A stretch of 63,078 nt of DNA, the filler included, from Reclinomonas americana ATCC 50394 (taxonomy: Eukaryota): the NCBI GenBank assembly GCA_048213135.1. It is 18 parts of 18 records of this genome, joined end to end, with 100 filler letters (N's around TTAATTAATTAA, not from the genome) between each part and the next. Parts side by side here need not be neighbours in the genome. Positions count along the whole stretch, not along the records: positions 27,779 to 29,473 come from AFZH01021191.1; positions 29,574 to 31,572 come from AFZH01021192.1; positions 31,673 to 34,201 come from AFZH01021193.1; positions 34,302 to 48,643 come from AFZH01021194.1; 14 more parts are not named here. The stretch is one strand, 5' to 3'. A program made the position numbers and the translations under genes. Below the pieces are notes generated by a model, which saw nothing but the letters and a program-made list of their open reading frames with translations, searched no databases and was not told the origin of the DNA. Positions 28,277 through 41,072 of the stretch are shown here, piece by piece (within the stretch, counting starts at the first letter, position 1; each line of letters opens with the position of its first letter).

Positions 28277-29473
28277 TCACATGGTGAGGGTGATCTTGCC
28301 GATGACAGAGCCTGCACATGCATGGGAGAGGATGAGGCAGATTGCCGCAACACAGTCTGTGCAAGCCAGCAGCGAGTGCTCACCCGACTCTTGCAACTCG
28401 TGCGCGCGGATGAGGTTCTCCAGGGTGAACGGCAAGTCGACAGTGTTAATGTGCCTCTCGTACTGGCCGGATTCCAGGCGCATGGCCACGTCGGCCAGAA
28501 TACGACCCTGGCGCTCCGGCTCGGTGTTGGTTGCCGAGCGAGCAAACATAGCCTCGAAGGCGAACCGGAGGCGCTTGCCGAAGAACTTGCCGAGGTCAAG
28601 GTTATCCTTTGGCGGCAAGATCGACAGCAGTGTGCCGACCGGGCGGAGGGCGGTGCCGTACTCGATAAATCGCTCATTGTTCCAGTCGACGGCTGCGCCA
28701 ACGAAGTAAGAAAATAGCTGAACGTACGACGGACACGCCGGCATGGTACGCACCGTTGTAAATCACGTCGACGCCATCAGCCATGCCGATGCGAGCCAAC
28801 TCGGCCGCCAGCGGCAACTTGTGGTTGATCACGTGGTCGGCACCCAGTCGCCTGCAGATGGACCGATGAATCAGGCACACGCCCTACTTGTCAAAGCAAA
28901 GGGTGGCAAAACACTCCGCAACTGGACCCACTCGATCGACTCGGGACGCGAGGCCGACGCAATCACCGTCATACCGAGCACCTTCTTGGCCAGCTGAATC
29001 ACAAACGTACCAGTGCCGCCGGCTCCCGGCACCACCAGCAGACGCTTATGCGCTGCAGTGATCGGCGTCAGGCCGGCAGTCTCCAGCAGCGCCTCTTGGC
29101 CAGTCAAAGCCACCAATGGGTATGCAGCAGCCTGCGCGACAGGCACACATACAGGTGAAAAAAACAGGTCTGTAATGAGTAGGCGTGAGCAGCAATGGCG
29201 TCCCGAACCTCAGCATGCGAGAGACCACGCGGCTTGATGGCCACGATGCGCTCGTCGATGGCGACGAACTCAGCACTGTCGGAACAAAGTCTCGTGAGTC
29301 ACTGCTGTGCGCGGCGGCAGTGAGCAGGAGCGACACTGTGAACGCAACTTGGTGCCGTACTTGCGAGTGATGTCGCCGGCAAAGAACACCTCGTCGCCAA
29401 CATTGAAGCCGAGAGCGCACGCTTTGCCAACATGCTCGATCACACCGCTGCCATCGAAACTGTACAATCGGTT
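28277..29473 (-). CDS. Medium-chain dehydrogenase/reductase (quinone oxidoreductase-like; 5' end in gap)
   Basis: [107 protein letters not shown]. Confidence 0.88.
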
Positions 29474-29573
29474 NNNNNNNNNNNNNNNNNNNNNNNNNNN
29501 NNNNNNNNNNNNNNNNNTTAATTAATTAANNNNNNNNNNNNNNNNNNNNNNNNNNNNNNNNNNNNNNNNNNNN

Positions 29574-31572
29574 GGCGTCATCAGCGTGTCGGTACCACCC
29601 TGTGCACACGATCAGCAAGTCGTCCACATCGACAACACAACGGCTGACACGGTGTGTTACCTGAGCGGCGGGCATGTCCGCGTAGAGCGGAAGCTTGGTG
29701 TCGGACGGCAGATTCTCGCCACGAGACTTGTACCACACGACCACTTGCGGCGGGCCAAAGAGCTCCGAGTCGCGAGTCCCATCCTCCTTGTGGAAGACCA
29801 CAGGCGGCACTGAGACAAAGTTGCCAAAGGAGTTGCAAATCGCACTGGCGCAGCGACGGCAGTGAACACGGCGGCCTTGCTCGCTGGTGTGGTACTCCAT
29901 CGACTCGCCCGTAACCTCGACGTTCGGCTTCAGGAAACCAATCACATGCACTGGCGCCGTGGAGCCGGCGTTGATGCGGCAGAGGCGGCAGCAGCACGCT
30001 GCGGACAGTCACCAATTGGTTACGCTCCTACACGTCGACAAGCGACGGGAAATGAAACGCACCTCCGTTGAAGATTGGCACGGCTCCGGCCGCAATCTGT
30101 GCCGATCATTCACGCCCGTGGTCAGTACACTCTGATGAAAAAAGCAACACAATAAAACGCCACACCGTAATCTGCGTGGCTCCGCACTCGCAGCGACCGA
30201 CCAGCGGCGCATGTGCCTTGGAGGCAGACCCAGCGGTGGCGGCTGCCGACTCCTCCTGCTGATGCACTCCGCTGCCACTGGCACCACCAGCGGCTGCTGT
30301 GGCGGCGGCGGAGGGCGCAGCACGACGCGCTGCCGAACCGTCAATCCAGTCCTCCAGAGCCACCTTCCAGGTCTCGGCGGCATCGGCGGAGCCGAACTCG
30401 ATGTAGTACGGACGGGCCTCTGCTCTCCAGCAGCACAATGAGTGCGGAGGATTCAGAGAATGCATGAAACTGAATACACACACACACACGCAACTGCCGC
30501 CGTCAGTGCTCTCCATCACCACCAAGTTGGAGCGGCCCTTGTACGAGTCAGAAATGTGAACTCGCTGCACAGTGGCACGCGCCACGGTGCCCTTCAGCCG
30601 CGAACGCTGTGCATGGAGGAGAGAGCCGTTGAGTGATCATCAGAAAACGAGGGGAACGAAAGCAAGCTGCGCCAACGCACATCGTCACTCTCAAAGTACT
30701 GCAGATGCGGGGGCGTGAGGACAAAGAAACGACGCTTCCACGTCTTCCAGTTGCCGCCCTCCTTTGTTCCCCAGCCCTCCATCAGCACCGTTTCGCTGTT
30801 CACGGGGGGCGAGCGCGAACCACTGCCACACAGCGCCATCAGAAACCAGCATGTGCATGAGGAAGAAAACAACAAGAACAGTTGCACGCAACAGGTGGCG
30901 GTGGAAAAAGTTGAGGACGCGGTACCACGCGACGCCGGCCGCGCGTTTCTCCTCCTCCGTCACGCCGTCCTTGGACTGAAGAGCACGATTCTGTTCAGTG
31001 AAGGAGTCCACAAAAAACAAGCACGGTGCACACAAACACACCAGGTTCATGAACGCATGTCCGACACCCGCATACATCCACACATGGTACTCCTGGCCGC
31101 TCGCTTTCAGCTGCTCATCCAGGCGCGCTGCCGTCGCCGCATCACTAAAGCCGGCATGAGCGTCCTTGTCACCAAAGTGCGCATCGACGGGGCACTTGAT
31201 GGCCGAGGGGTTGCACAGAGCCGCCGCCGGCGTCCCGTAGAACGGTGCCACGGCCGAGATGCCTTCGCACAGGCAGCCGACAGCACTGCCGACACACACA
31301 CGAGAAAGGACACGCAGTAACAGTGAGCGACAACAGGGGCGGGCGGAAGAGAAAAGCACACACGCACATCGTCAGTGCGCCGCCCATGCTGTGGACCGTA
31401 GGTGGTGAGTACGCGAAATGCAGAAGAGGAGAAGTGCATGGATACGCACCAGAAGCCGGTGACGCCAATGCGCTGCGCGCCATCATGTCGCAGACGAGCA
31501 ATGGCACCACGGCAGTCGTCGACGGCCGCCGCCCAGTCCAGCTCATCCATCAAGTGCGACGCCTGTCATCCA
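29574..31572 (-). CDS. Fusion protein: dienelactone hydrolase - PH domain - GFA/CENP-V domain (both ends in gaps)
   Basis: DLH: IGVTGFCMGGAL, PFYG, HFGDKD, YAGVGHAFMN, AWYRVLNFF. PH: EGWGTKEGGNWKTWKRRFFVL..LQYF, AETWKVALE. GFA: GRCECG, CCCRLCR, CRRCAS. Intron 30892-30823 joins DLH and PH in frame. Confidence 0.75.
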
Positions 31573-31693
31573 NNNNNNNNNNNNNNNNNNNNNNNNNNNN
31601 NNNNNNNNNNNNNNNNTTAATTAATTAANNNNNNNNNNNNNNNNNNNNNNNNNNNNNNNNNNNNNNNNNNNNGCACACACGCACGCACACACA

Positions 31694-34024
31694 GACACGT
31701 TCTGCTGCTCGACATCAAGGATCGCGCTTTCCGTGCACGACCCATTCCGCTGCGGCAATCACGAGCATTCGTGTACCGTGACCTTGTGCTGTCGGAGCTG
31801 GGACGGAGCCCGCTGGAGGTCGACGAAGACGCGCTCACCAGCTTGCTGGTCAAGGAGGTGCGGATGGGTGTGTCTGTGTGTGTGCGGGGTCTTTTTAGTA
31901 ACAATCTCTCGCCGTCACAGGTCGATGACATGATCAAAGAGGCGACCGCCAAAGCACCACCCGCGGATGTGCTCGAGCGACACCCGAGCCTGCGACTGCC
32001 ACTCATTCGGTTACGAGTCGACTACACTGGCGGCTATCTGTCACTCCTGCCGCAGCGGTTCGGGCAGCGCTACGTCGGCAAGGTGAGTCATGCGCGGAAT
32101 TGGCGGACTGCTCACCTCGGGCTCACGTGCTGCACGAGCTCCACAGGTGGCCAATCCCACCGATGTGGTCTCGTTCATCCGTCGCACCACGCGGCGTCCC
32201 ACGCAGACGCTTCCCTCGGTGGTGGTGCCGCCCGTGATGCATGGCGATGAGGGCGAGGTGCGTGTGCTGCTTCGTTCTGAGAAGTGTTGTCGCCGCGTCT
32301 CACAGCAGGTGCGAGCAGGGCAGCGGTGTACGGATCGAGGACATGGTGCTCGACTACTTGGCACAGGATGCCGCAGGTCTGCGAGTGTTGGAGAGCGCCG
32401 ATCTCACAGAGGCGTTGCGCGAGTTCGTGGATAAGGACAGTGCCGGTGCATTTGCAACGTGCGTACTTGTGGTTTCTTCGTGCGCGCAGTGGTCGGCGTG
32501 TGTGTCTCACACATGGCTGACGAAACAGCAAGGTCAACGCCCAGCTGGAGGCGCGTCAAAAGCTGGTGTGGAGCATGTGGAAGCGCAAGCAAGTGTCGGA
32601 TGCCGACAAGACTGAAGACGACGTGAAGAAAATAGTTGTGTCGGCCTCTGCAGTCGGTGTTTGTTTTAAGAAAACGCTGCTGACGTTCATGGTACAGGTC
32701 GATGAGATTCTGGACGAAAGTGCAGAGGCACGGAGGCAGCAGGCCACAACTGACGCCGCGAGTGCCCGATCATCGGCGGCACTGGCGCTCAAAGGTGCTG
32801 CCGAGGGCGGCGATCGGCGGGACGACGAAGATGGCGACAGCGACGCACCACCAGTCTCGGTTGCGTACCGTACCGCAGCAAGCGTAACGCACGTGCTGTA
32901 GTCTCACTCCGCACCACTCGCGCAGCACATTCCGCTGCTGGGCAGATCGGCGCTTGGCGACGACGACGACGACGGTGGAGCAGGCGAGGATGAAGACGAG
33001 GCACCGAAGAAAGGCGGTGGCAAGAAAGCAGCCGGCAAGAGAGCGACAGCCGCTGCGCCGCGCAAGACGGCTGCAGCGTCCAGAAAGAAGGAGGTGGTGG
33101 TTGACGAGGACGACGCAGAGAGCGACTTTGGCGACTCCAAATCAGTGGTGAGTGAGCTCGGGTTGTCGGCTACACTTCCGACATCGCTGCTCATGATCAT
33201 CATCTGTGGTTGCAGTCTGGGAAAAAGGGTCGTGGCAAGGCGGCGCCGGCGGCACGCGGAAAAAAGGCCGCGAGTAGTGGTGGAAAGAAGGCGGCGGCTG
33301 CGACCAAGACAGCTGGTCGAAAGCGCGCTCGCGCACAACAGTGCGTTTGGTCGTCGATGTGCGAAATGTTGCCACTTGATCTCATCCACCGTCAGCAGAT
33401 CCGAGGACGATGACGACGACGGTGATGACGGTCATGACAGCGATGTGAGCGAGGTCGTCGTGCCGCCATCAAAAGCCGCACCACCGGTTCGTTTGTTCGT
33501 GCGCATCTCCCTCACGCCGGCGACTCAGATCACATGCGTTTAAAAAAACAGCGACGTGCGGCAGCCGCAGCCGCGGCCGCAGCCATGAGTGAACCGATGG
33601 ACCAAGACGACGATGTCGTGGTGCTGGGCGACGGCGACGATGATTTCGAACCGGTCGCCAAGTCGCGCAAGAAGAGTGCCAGGTTCGTAATACGCGCACA
33701 ATATGTGTGCGTTGCATCCCAACACAACACCCACCGTTGATCATTCTCGCAGTCAATCGGCGTCCTCTTCCCGAGGAGGCGGTCGACGCAGCGGTCGAGT
33801 TTCGTGAAAGATTATTATCGCTCTGCGCACTCCTGTTTCTTCTCTTCCTTCTCACCGCACCCCCCGCAACGTATCAGAGCGACGACGAGTATGAAGACGT
33901 GGACGAGGACGACGATGTCAACGTCTCCAATCGCCCGCTAGAGCCGTCGACCGGTACAAGTACGCAAAAGAGTGTGAGGCAAGAGTACGGGCAGGCCCGA
34001 GGGGGGCGCGCACGTCGAATGTAG
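31694..34024 (+). CDS. MRE11: Double-strand break repair nuclease MRE11, capping domain and C-terminal tail (nuclease domain in gap)
   Basis: HVLLLDI..PIPLRQSRAF, LPLIRLRVDYTG, PQRFGQRYVGK|VANPTD, ALREFVDKD, then an acidic/basic low-complexity tail. Confidence 0.9.
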
Positions 34025-34321
34025 TTGTTCTCTCTCACTTGTGTGTCGATGTCGACATTGAACAATGTCTACATTGATACCTGTTTTTTCAGCCTTCGAG
34101 TCGCGAAGCTTCGATGGCGGTCACAGCTGCCATGGCCGCCTCCAGCTCGGCCATTTGCCGACTACGAGAGGGGGGTGATGCGGCTGCGTCGGCGGCGGCA
34201 GNNNNNNNNNNNNNNNNNNNNNNNNNNNNNNNNNNNNNNNNNNNNTTAATTAATTAANNNNNNNNNNNNNNNNNNNNNNNNNNNNNNNNNNNNNNNNNNN
34301 NGCGTGCATGCACACACACGT

Positions 34322-34588
34322 ACCCCTCATTAATGTCATCGAATTCAAACTTGGTCAGTTGTGCCAGTGTACGACCGTGGCGTTCCTCGGCCTCCACACG
34401 CGCAAGCACAAACTGCGCCAGTGTCTTGGTCTTGGCGGCACCCTGCTTGATCTGGTTCAAGCACAGCTCCATGTGATCCTGCGCGTGTTGGTGTGAGACT
34501 TTCTGTGCGAGGGCAGAAATAAACACACACACACACACGCGCACGACGCAACCCATAGCTCGGAGCGGTAGGAAGGACCCGGCATCAT
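34322..34588 (-). CDS. F-BAR (FCH) domain protein, 5' fragment
   Basis: SYRSELW|DHMELCLNQIKQG..LAQFVLARVEAEERHGRTLAQL fits the FCH pattern. Confidence 0.6.
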
Positions 34589-34861
34589 GAGCCCGGCAGA
34601 AGACGTGTGTGTCTCCGATGCCATGATGGGTGCGTGAAAGTTGCAGAGGATTTCCCGCCCGCGAGCCGTAGTCAATTGTTCGCGGTGACGTGGTGCGTTT
34701 CTCGGCGTTTTGACAGTCTATTGCGCGACAGAGCATAATCCTCCTTTCTCTTCAACTCCTTGTGTGTCTCCGCCTGATTGCTGCGTACTGATCCCACACT
34801 CTCGCACCTTCCACTCCTGTGCTCGATCGCCTCGCTGCTCCTCCTTTCGTGAGTTTGCACC

Positions 34862-35854
34862 ATGGACGACGTTTACAAGCCGTTTATTGGCGCGCGTCGC
34901 GACAATGTGCACAACATCCTGCTGGTGCCGAAGACTGTGGGCCACGCGCGTCCGTCCACCTATGACTTGCCCGACGAAGACTTTGTGTATGGGCACAAAA
35001 ATCCGGCGCAGACCGAAACTGCCAAGGACGGTAAGACAGCGGGCGAGTGCTTTTGTTATATATGTGTGTGTGTGCATGATTGCATCATCATCTTAATCAT
35101 TCATTCTTTGCCAGTGTCTCTCACCTGGCAAGAGTTCAACCCGAAGAAGGTGAAGAGTGCCGGCATCAACAACTTCATCAAGACCAACAAGACGTGCGTT
35201 GCCGAGAAGGTCCTCACGTCCAAGGAGGTACTGGCAGTGTGCGACCATGGCTACCGCCCCAGCACACACACTCACTGTGAAGCCGCTGCAGGTGGGCGAC
35301 TTTCGGCGAACACGCGAGTTGCCCAAGGTGCCGCAAGGAGTGCGTCCTGCGCGGAAGGATGAGCGGCCGGCGGTGCTGCGCGATCCCGGCCACGTGTTTG
35401 GCAAGGCTGAGCCGTTGCGTTGGCACACAAGGCTCGTCGTACACACAGTGTGACGCTCACCTCTCTCCACGTCTATTCTGCACGCAGACCGTCAGTGCCG
35501 GCCAAAAAGGTGATTGAGGCGGACTTCCAGCTCGACTGGGTCAATGAGCAAATCCGACAGCAGCAGGAGGAGCTGACCAAGTCCTCAGTTGCGCACACGC
35601 GGTACAAGCAACAGTTCCGCACACCACTTCTATTTCACTCAACAACACACATCCCGCGTCCACAGAAGCGATCCGCGGGGCGGAGGCGGTCACTCGACCT
35701 GGCACCAAGCGCACCACTGCGCCACCGCCGGACCGAGGAGGACGACGACACGGAGGAGCACTCCAAGGCCGTGTCGGAATTCAAGATGAAAAAGTTCTTG
35801 AGCGTCGAGCCGCGAGTTAGCACCCGACGAAACTCGCCGCCGGCGCACACATGA
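34862..35854 (+). CDS. CFAP77: Cilia/flagella-associated protein 77-like (DUF4483)
   Basis: LLVPKTVGHARPSTYDLPDEDFVYG, NFIKTNK, FG..PSVP, FKMKKFLSVEPRVST; four short introns. Confidence 0.7.
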
Positions 35855-35983
35855 GGAGAGAGAGAGGCATGCACACATAATGTGCACACACCATACGCAG
35901 CGTCTCCTGCTTCGCCGTCGCCCTCTTGCGTCGTCCATGCGCACTCGCCACTTAATGTACATCTTGTTCCGAGGTTGTTGACG

Positions 35984-36936
35984 CTATCGTCGCCGTCGAT
36001 ACTGTGGCTGCTGCTGTTGGTGCTGCCGTTGCTCTCGTTCTCTGTCACCTTGCCTCTGCCGCAGAGGTGGTGGGGGTGGCGGTGACGGTGGTGGAGGCGT
36101 CGGAATGGTCGCAGTCGACGCGGCCACAGCCTTGGTGACATTATGCAGCTGCCAGTGTCGCATGCGGTCCTTCTGACGCGCCATGGCCGACGACACATCT
36201 TCCGGTGCCACTCCGCGCGCCACTCTCGACGACACGAACACCGGTTCGTGCAGCAGTGCATTCACCTGCGCGCACAGGCAACTTCGAATTCACACCATCC
36301 CACACAGCACAAGCCTGCGTACGCAACTCGTGGATCCCGACTCCGATGCCGCTGCTTCTCGTCGTGCGCGACAGCTCTTCTCGTCTCTCGATGCTTGCCT
36401 GGCACCACGCCGCGACCATTCTCGTGCTCATCAACGTGCTTCAAGCGTTCCGAGCGCGGCACGGACAACTTGGCTGCCGGCATCCCTCAGACACACTCTC
36501 AAGTACGTCACAAGCACATCACAAGAACAAACACCTCGCAACGCTGCCACAGCCGCAGAGCACGTCTCTGTTGCCTCCTCAGTGTGCGGTCGCTTCTTTG
36601 GTGGTGATTGCGAGTGATCATCATCGTCTTCTACTGCTCATCATCATCAGAAACATGCACACCAGCTCCCCCTCACAGTCGCACGTGCTGAACCTGCAAA
36701 GATGGACGAAGAAGAGGAGCCATCGCTGCTGCTATCGTCGTCATTGTCGTCTGCGGATCAGGTTGAGTCTCACGCGCACGAGAGAGAGAGAAGAGAGTGA
36801 AGGGAGGACCGTGCGTGTCGTCTTCAATGACAACGCGGTGGCGTTTTGGTGGTCCACTGAGACCACGCTCGGCTCGACTGACATACGGTTGCACTGTGAT
36901 GCCTTCGATCACTGCTGGCGTGCTCGACACCGACAT
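35984..36936 (-). CDS. Hypothetical multi-exon protein
   Basis: ATG36936 lies about 40 bp after the ZIP stop; exon-like ORFs (RDPRVAYAGLCCVGWCEFE; ALLHEPVFV...) separated by short introns. Confidence 0.35.
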
Positions 36937-36975
36937 CTCAACAAGCTTGCAAGCAGGACAACTTTTTTATCAAAC

Positions 36976-39156
36976 TCATACCCATACGCCGAGCAGCGAC
37001 ATGACGCCAGCGCCCAGCAGCACCTGCCGAGGTGGGGAGTGAGGAGGTGACTGGACATGCACATCACGTGGGGAGAAAAGGGACGAACCAGGGAGAGACG
37101 CCACCAAAAGTGGTCGTACTTGACCTCCTTTGCAACGACTTCGGAGAAGCCCTGTGAATGCGTGTCGCGAGTCGTGAGGCGCTGCATGCGGGTATCAGCA
37201 CGTCACGGAGGTCAAGCGCCGCAACTACGAATATGAACGTGCCGGAGGCCAGCCCCGTGAGAATGCCCTCGAGGAGGGTGGTGGTGTCGGCTGCCGCTCT
37301 GCGAACGACGCGTAAACACAATGACAAAGACAGCCAGCCAGCCAGCAGCGACAACAGCAACAAGGACGACGCAACAAGTCAGTCGCCAACATGCCGGCAG
37401 CGACTCCGAGAGGAGTGGCAACTGAAACTGTGGCACCCATAGGTGTGAAAAAAACTGCAGACATGATGGCATGGCCAGCAGGGAAAATAGAGAGGCACGC
37501 AACAGACGACGAGAAGCGAGTAGATGGCACACAACGACAGCGGTGACGAGGCCATACGAGCGCCGAGTGCGTACGATGCCAACAGCTTGTGCGCGATAAT
37601 GGCAATGAACACTCCCTGCACGAGTTTTTTTTTTCGTGAGTCTCACAGGCGACCACAAGCGCACACGAGCTGGAGGTGCGCACCTGTGTGTTTTCCAGCT
37701 CCTGCGTGGCGCCAAGCCCGAGACCCTCAAAGAGCTGCATTGTGGGAGTGAATCGGTGCGAACTGCCGACGCTGGGACTATCACCACGCACCGAATGCAC
37801 TGCCAGTGCGACAGCGAGAATGAGGGCACTGGCAAAGCTGCGCGTGTGCACCAACATGTCTGCATGATCGTGACAATTCGCCAGTGCACCACCACCGTCG
37901 TCCACGTGCACATGTGGCACTGCAAAAGCGGTGGCGCTGTTGCCGCCGGTTGTGGTGTCGCTGCAGCTGTCACTACTGCGATCACTTTCCACGTCGTCGT
38001 CGACGCTTTCGTGCGGCAGCGCGTGGCATCCGGCAGTCGCCACCGTAGTGGCGGTGGTGGTGTTCGCTTCCACTGCCACAGTTGTCGCACCTGCAGGGGA
38101 CGCAGCTCTTCTCCTCCTCGAGCTTCTTCTCCTCTGCTGTTGTCTGTTCCTTCGCGACGACATATCCTGCAGCGGCACGGCCATGAACGGCGCCGTTGAG
38201 CGCCGGGGAACAGAACGACGAGGCGCGGTCGAGGACAGATGGTCGACAATCTTCTCCAGCATGAAGATCAACAGGAACCCAATCAGCGCCACAAGCGCAA
38301 AGAAGGGATAGCCGCCATGCTGACCCGTGTACTGTGCGAACGCCATTTGCGAGTCCGCCAGCAGGTGAACGAAACCACTGCAATCACCACCACAATCAAC
38401 TGTGTTACTCCACCGACAACAACACGACAAAGCTCAAGGGATGCACAATGAACCTCGCCATAAACACGCCTGCGCACCGGCGAGCAGTCAAACAACAGCC
38501 GCGCACAAGCACACACATGCACAACGCACTCCACTCACCACCAGCAAAACAATTGGCCAGACTGAACCACAGTCGCACTCGCGGGCTCAGGCCATCGGGG
38601 CTGCGTGCTGCGCGATCGCCACTGCCCATCTCCTCCGGCTCCAGCTGCCGCCGTCGATGTCTCGTCTGCTGCGCTGTCTCGTTGGTGCGCGGACGATGGA
38701 GGTTCTCCACTGCCGACCACTCCAAATCATCATCATCATCGTCGTCATCCTATGTCAAAAAAACGCATACTGAGCGCACATCCACCAGTGGTCTCACCAC
38801 AGACAACCACCAACACTCACGCGAAACGCATCGCAGTCGCCCCCACGAGTGACAGCAGCATTCTCATCTGCGACTGTCGCTTGTGACGCTGGTGTTTGTG
38901 GTGATGATGATGATGATGTTGTTGATGATGATGATTGTGAGGAAGACGAGCGACAACATGAACCGCGTCCACGCAGAATGCACACGGGAAGGAAGGAACA
39001 GAGGAACGAGGAGACGAGGAAAACGACGGCACTGACGATTTTGAAGGTGGAGTTGACGCTGATGCCTTGGCCGCCACTGCCGCCACCGTGCACGCCCATC
39101 GTTTCTTCGTTAGGCGGAAGAGCGGCACAGACAGAAGGGTCGGAAGAAGAGGACAT
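36976..39156 (-). CDS. ZIP family (Zrt/Irt-like) metal transporter
   Basis: LANCFAGGVFMA, FVHLLAD, YPF, GFLLIFMLEK, His-containing loop, LAVHS|LFEGLGLG, AIIAHKLL, FFTPMG, GLASGTFIFV; ends GVMSLLGVWV-TGA. Confidence 0.9.
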
Positions 39157-39301
39157 ACAGGCGCAGGACTTCCCGCGCGAAGCCGTTTGTTCCCTGAAAG
39201 CGCCACTGTCGACGGAATGGGTGGAGTGTGCGTGTACATAGAGTATTAACGTATATTTTCCTTAGTGGCGGTGGTGTATAACAGTGTAGGAGGTGGCGAG
39301 G

Positions 39302-41072
39302 TCATTTGGCGGCCGCGGCACGGGTTCGGGGCAGGGGTACACGCGACGTGCTCGAAGGGGTGGCAATCGGAGGCTTCCGGTGAGCAGCTGGTGGCGGAGC
39401 GTTTGCACTACCGGGTGTGGGTCGCGCGCTTGACGCGGACGATACAGAGCCGGTCCAGCTGGCAGAACGCATGCGGCCGACAGTGAGAGCTGTGTCAATG
39501 TCGCAAGCGCCCTCGCGAGGCGACGAAGAACAGCTCAGCACCGACGGGCCGCTGCTGGAGTTGGAGGTGGCGGTGGACGAGAAGGATGGCGAGATGGTCG
39601 CACAGTCGTCGGCAGTGGTCGTCACCGACGCAGCTGCAGCGGCAGCGGCGGCGGCAGCAGCAGCTGTGGTGGCGCTGGCCGGAGGTGTTGACACGTTCAC
39701 CAGGTCGTCCACAATCTCATCTGTGAATGCGGCATGTACAGGTGAGGGGAACAAACAGCGAAAAGGCAGAAGGCATCATTGCCAGCTGGTGAACATGTGT
39801 GTATACCGAGTGAATCAGCGTGAATCAATCGTCGTCTCCTGAGTGGCCGGCCACCAGCTGAGGTGGCAGCTCGCGGTCGACTCGACGCCTGGCTCGGAGT
39901 CGATGAGGAGCCGGAGCCTGACGCGCTGCTGTGGTGATCCGTGGTGGCCGCCAGTTCTGGTTGCACCTGCGGTGATGCAGCGTTGCTGTGCAGTCGATGC
40001 TGTCGCGAAGTAGCACTCTTGTCCGTCTCGGCCACCAGCGCTGAGCGCAGTGGGAGCGGTGGCGCGGAAGCACTGGGAATGGATTGCGCCGCTGCGTTGG
40101 CGGCAGCAGCAGCAGCGGCGGCGGCGGCAGCGGCGGCAGATCCAGCTGCCGACGAAGCGCGATGGTTATTCGGCGCCGCTGTCGACGGAGCCGTGGTGGA
40201 AGTCATGGCCGCCAGCACGATGCGGCCGTTGGAGCGGTGGTCGAGAGGCACGTCACACTGCTGACTGAGCACGATGCGAGGACGGCCCTGCACCGACTCG
40301 AGGACCGCGTGAGTGACCGGTCCCTCTGTGCGGGTCTGATTGGCAACGTGGCGGAAGCCGAGTGAATCGGTCCAGTAGTCTGCCACCAGTCGCTGATGAG
40401 ACACAAGCAACACACATAGACACAAACAAAAGCGGGGAAGACGCACCCAGCGCAGTGTTGACACATCGGACATTGACACAGACGGCAGCCAGAGGCTCAT
40501 CGCGCACCAAAGCCGCCGACTCGACCACCACAATCTGGTGTCCGTCGGGCGACTGCAGCATCACCGAGCGCACGCTTCCGGCCTGCTCCCGGCTCAAGCC
40601 ACACACATCGGCGGCCCACGCAGGCACCGACTTGTCCTCGCTGTCAAACTCGCCACTCGTCAACAACGCGCGCAACAACACCATATCCGAGGCCACGAGC
40701 AGCGACTGCACATTCTTTGGTGTCTGTCGTGGATCAGCTGGTGCTTCGTGCTCATAAAAGAGCTCCAGTCGAAAGGCAGACACATGCAGAGGGGTCGGGA
40801 AACGCAGAATCGTCCGTGAGCATGCACACGATGAAGGCACTGTCTCGCCACTCTGCTGCACGCGCCACCACGGCACAGTGCTGGTCGCCTCCTCGTGGTG
40901 CTCCACCGCCATACCCAGTCGATGAGAGAAGAAGGCGATTGCGGCCGCTGCGTGGAGATCTCGTGAGAATGGGGAGAGGGGAGGGGAACTCGAGTGGAAA
41001 AGCTCAAACTCTGCACACACCACGATCCCACACTCTCAGTGACACCGCATGGAGTCCAGTCTGCTGTACCAT
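39302..41072 (-). CDS. Glyoxalase/VOC-fold protein (GLOD4-like) with long low-complexity C-terminal extension
   Basis: GLHAVSLRVWDR|AAAIAFFSHRLGMAVEHHEE..SRTILRF..FRLELFYEH, SPDGH and EPLAAVCVNVRCVNTAL|DYWTDSLGF resemble the two VOC modules of GLOD4. Confidence 0.6.
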
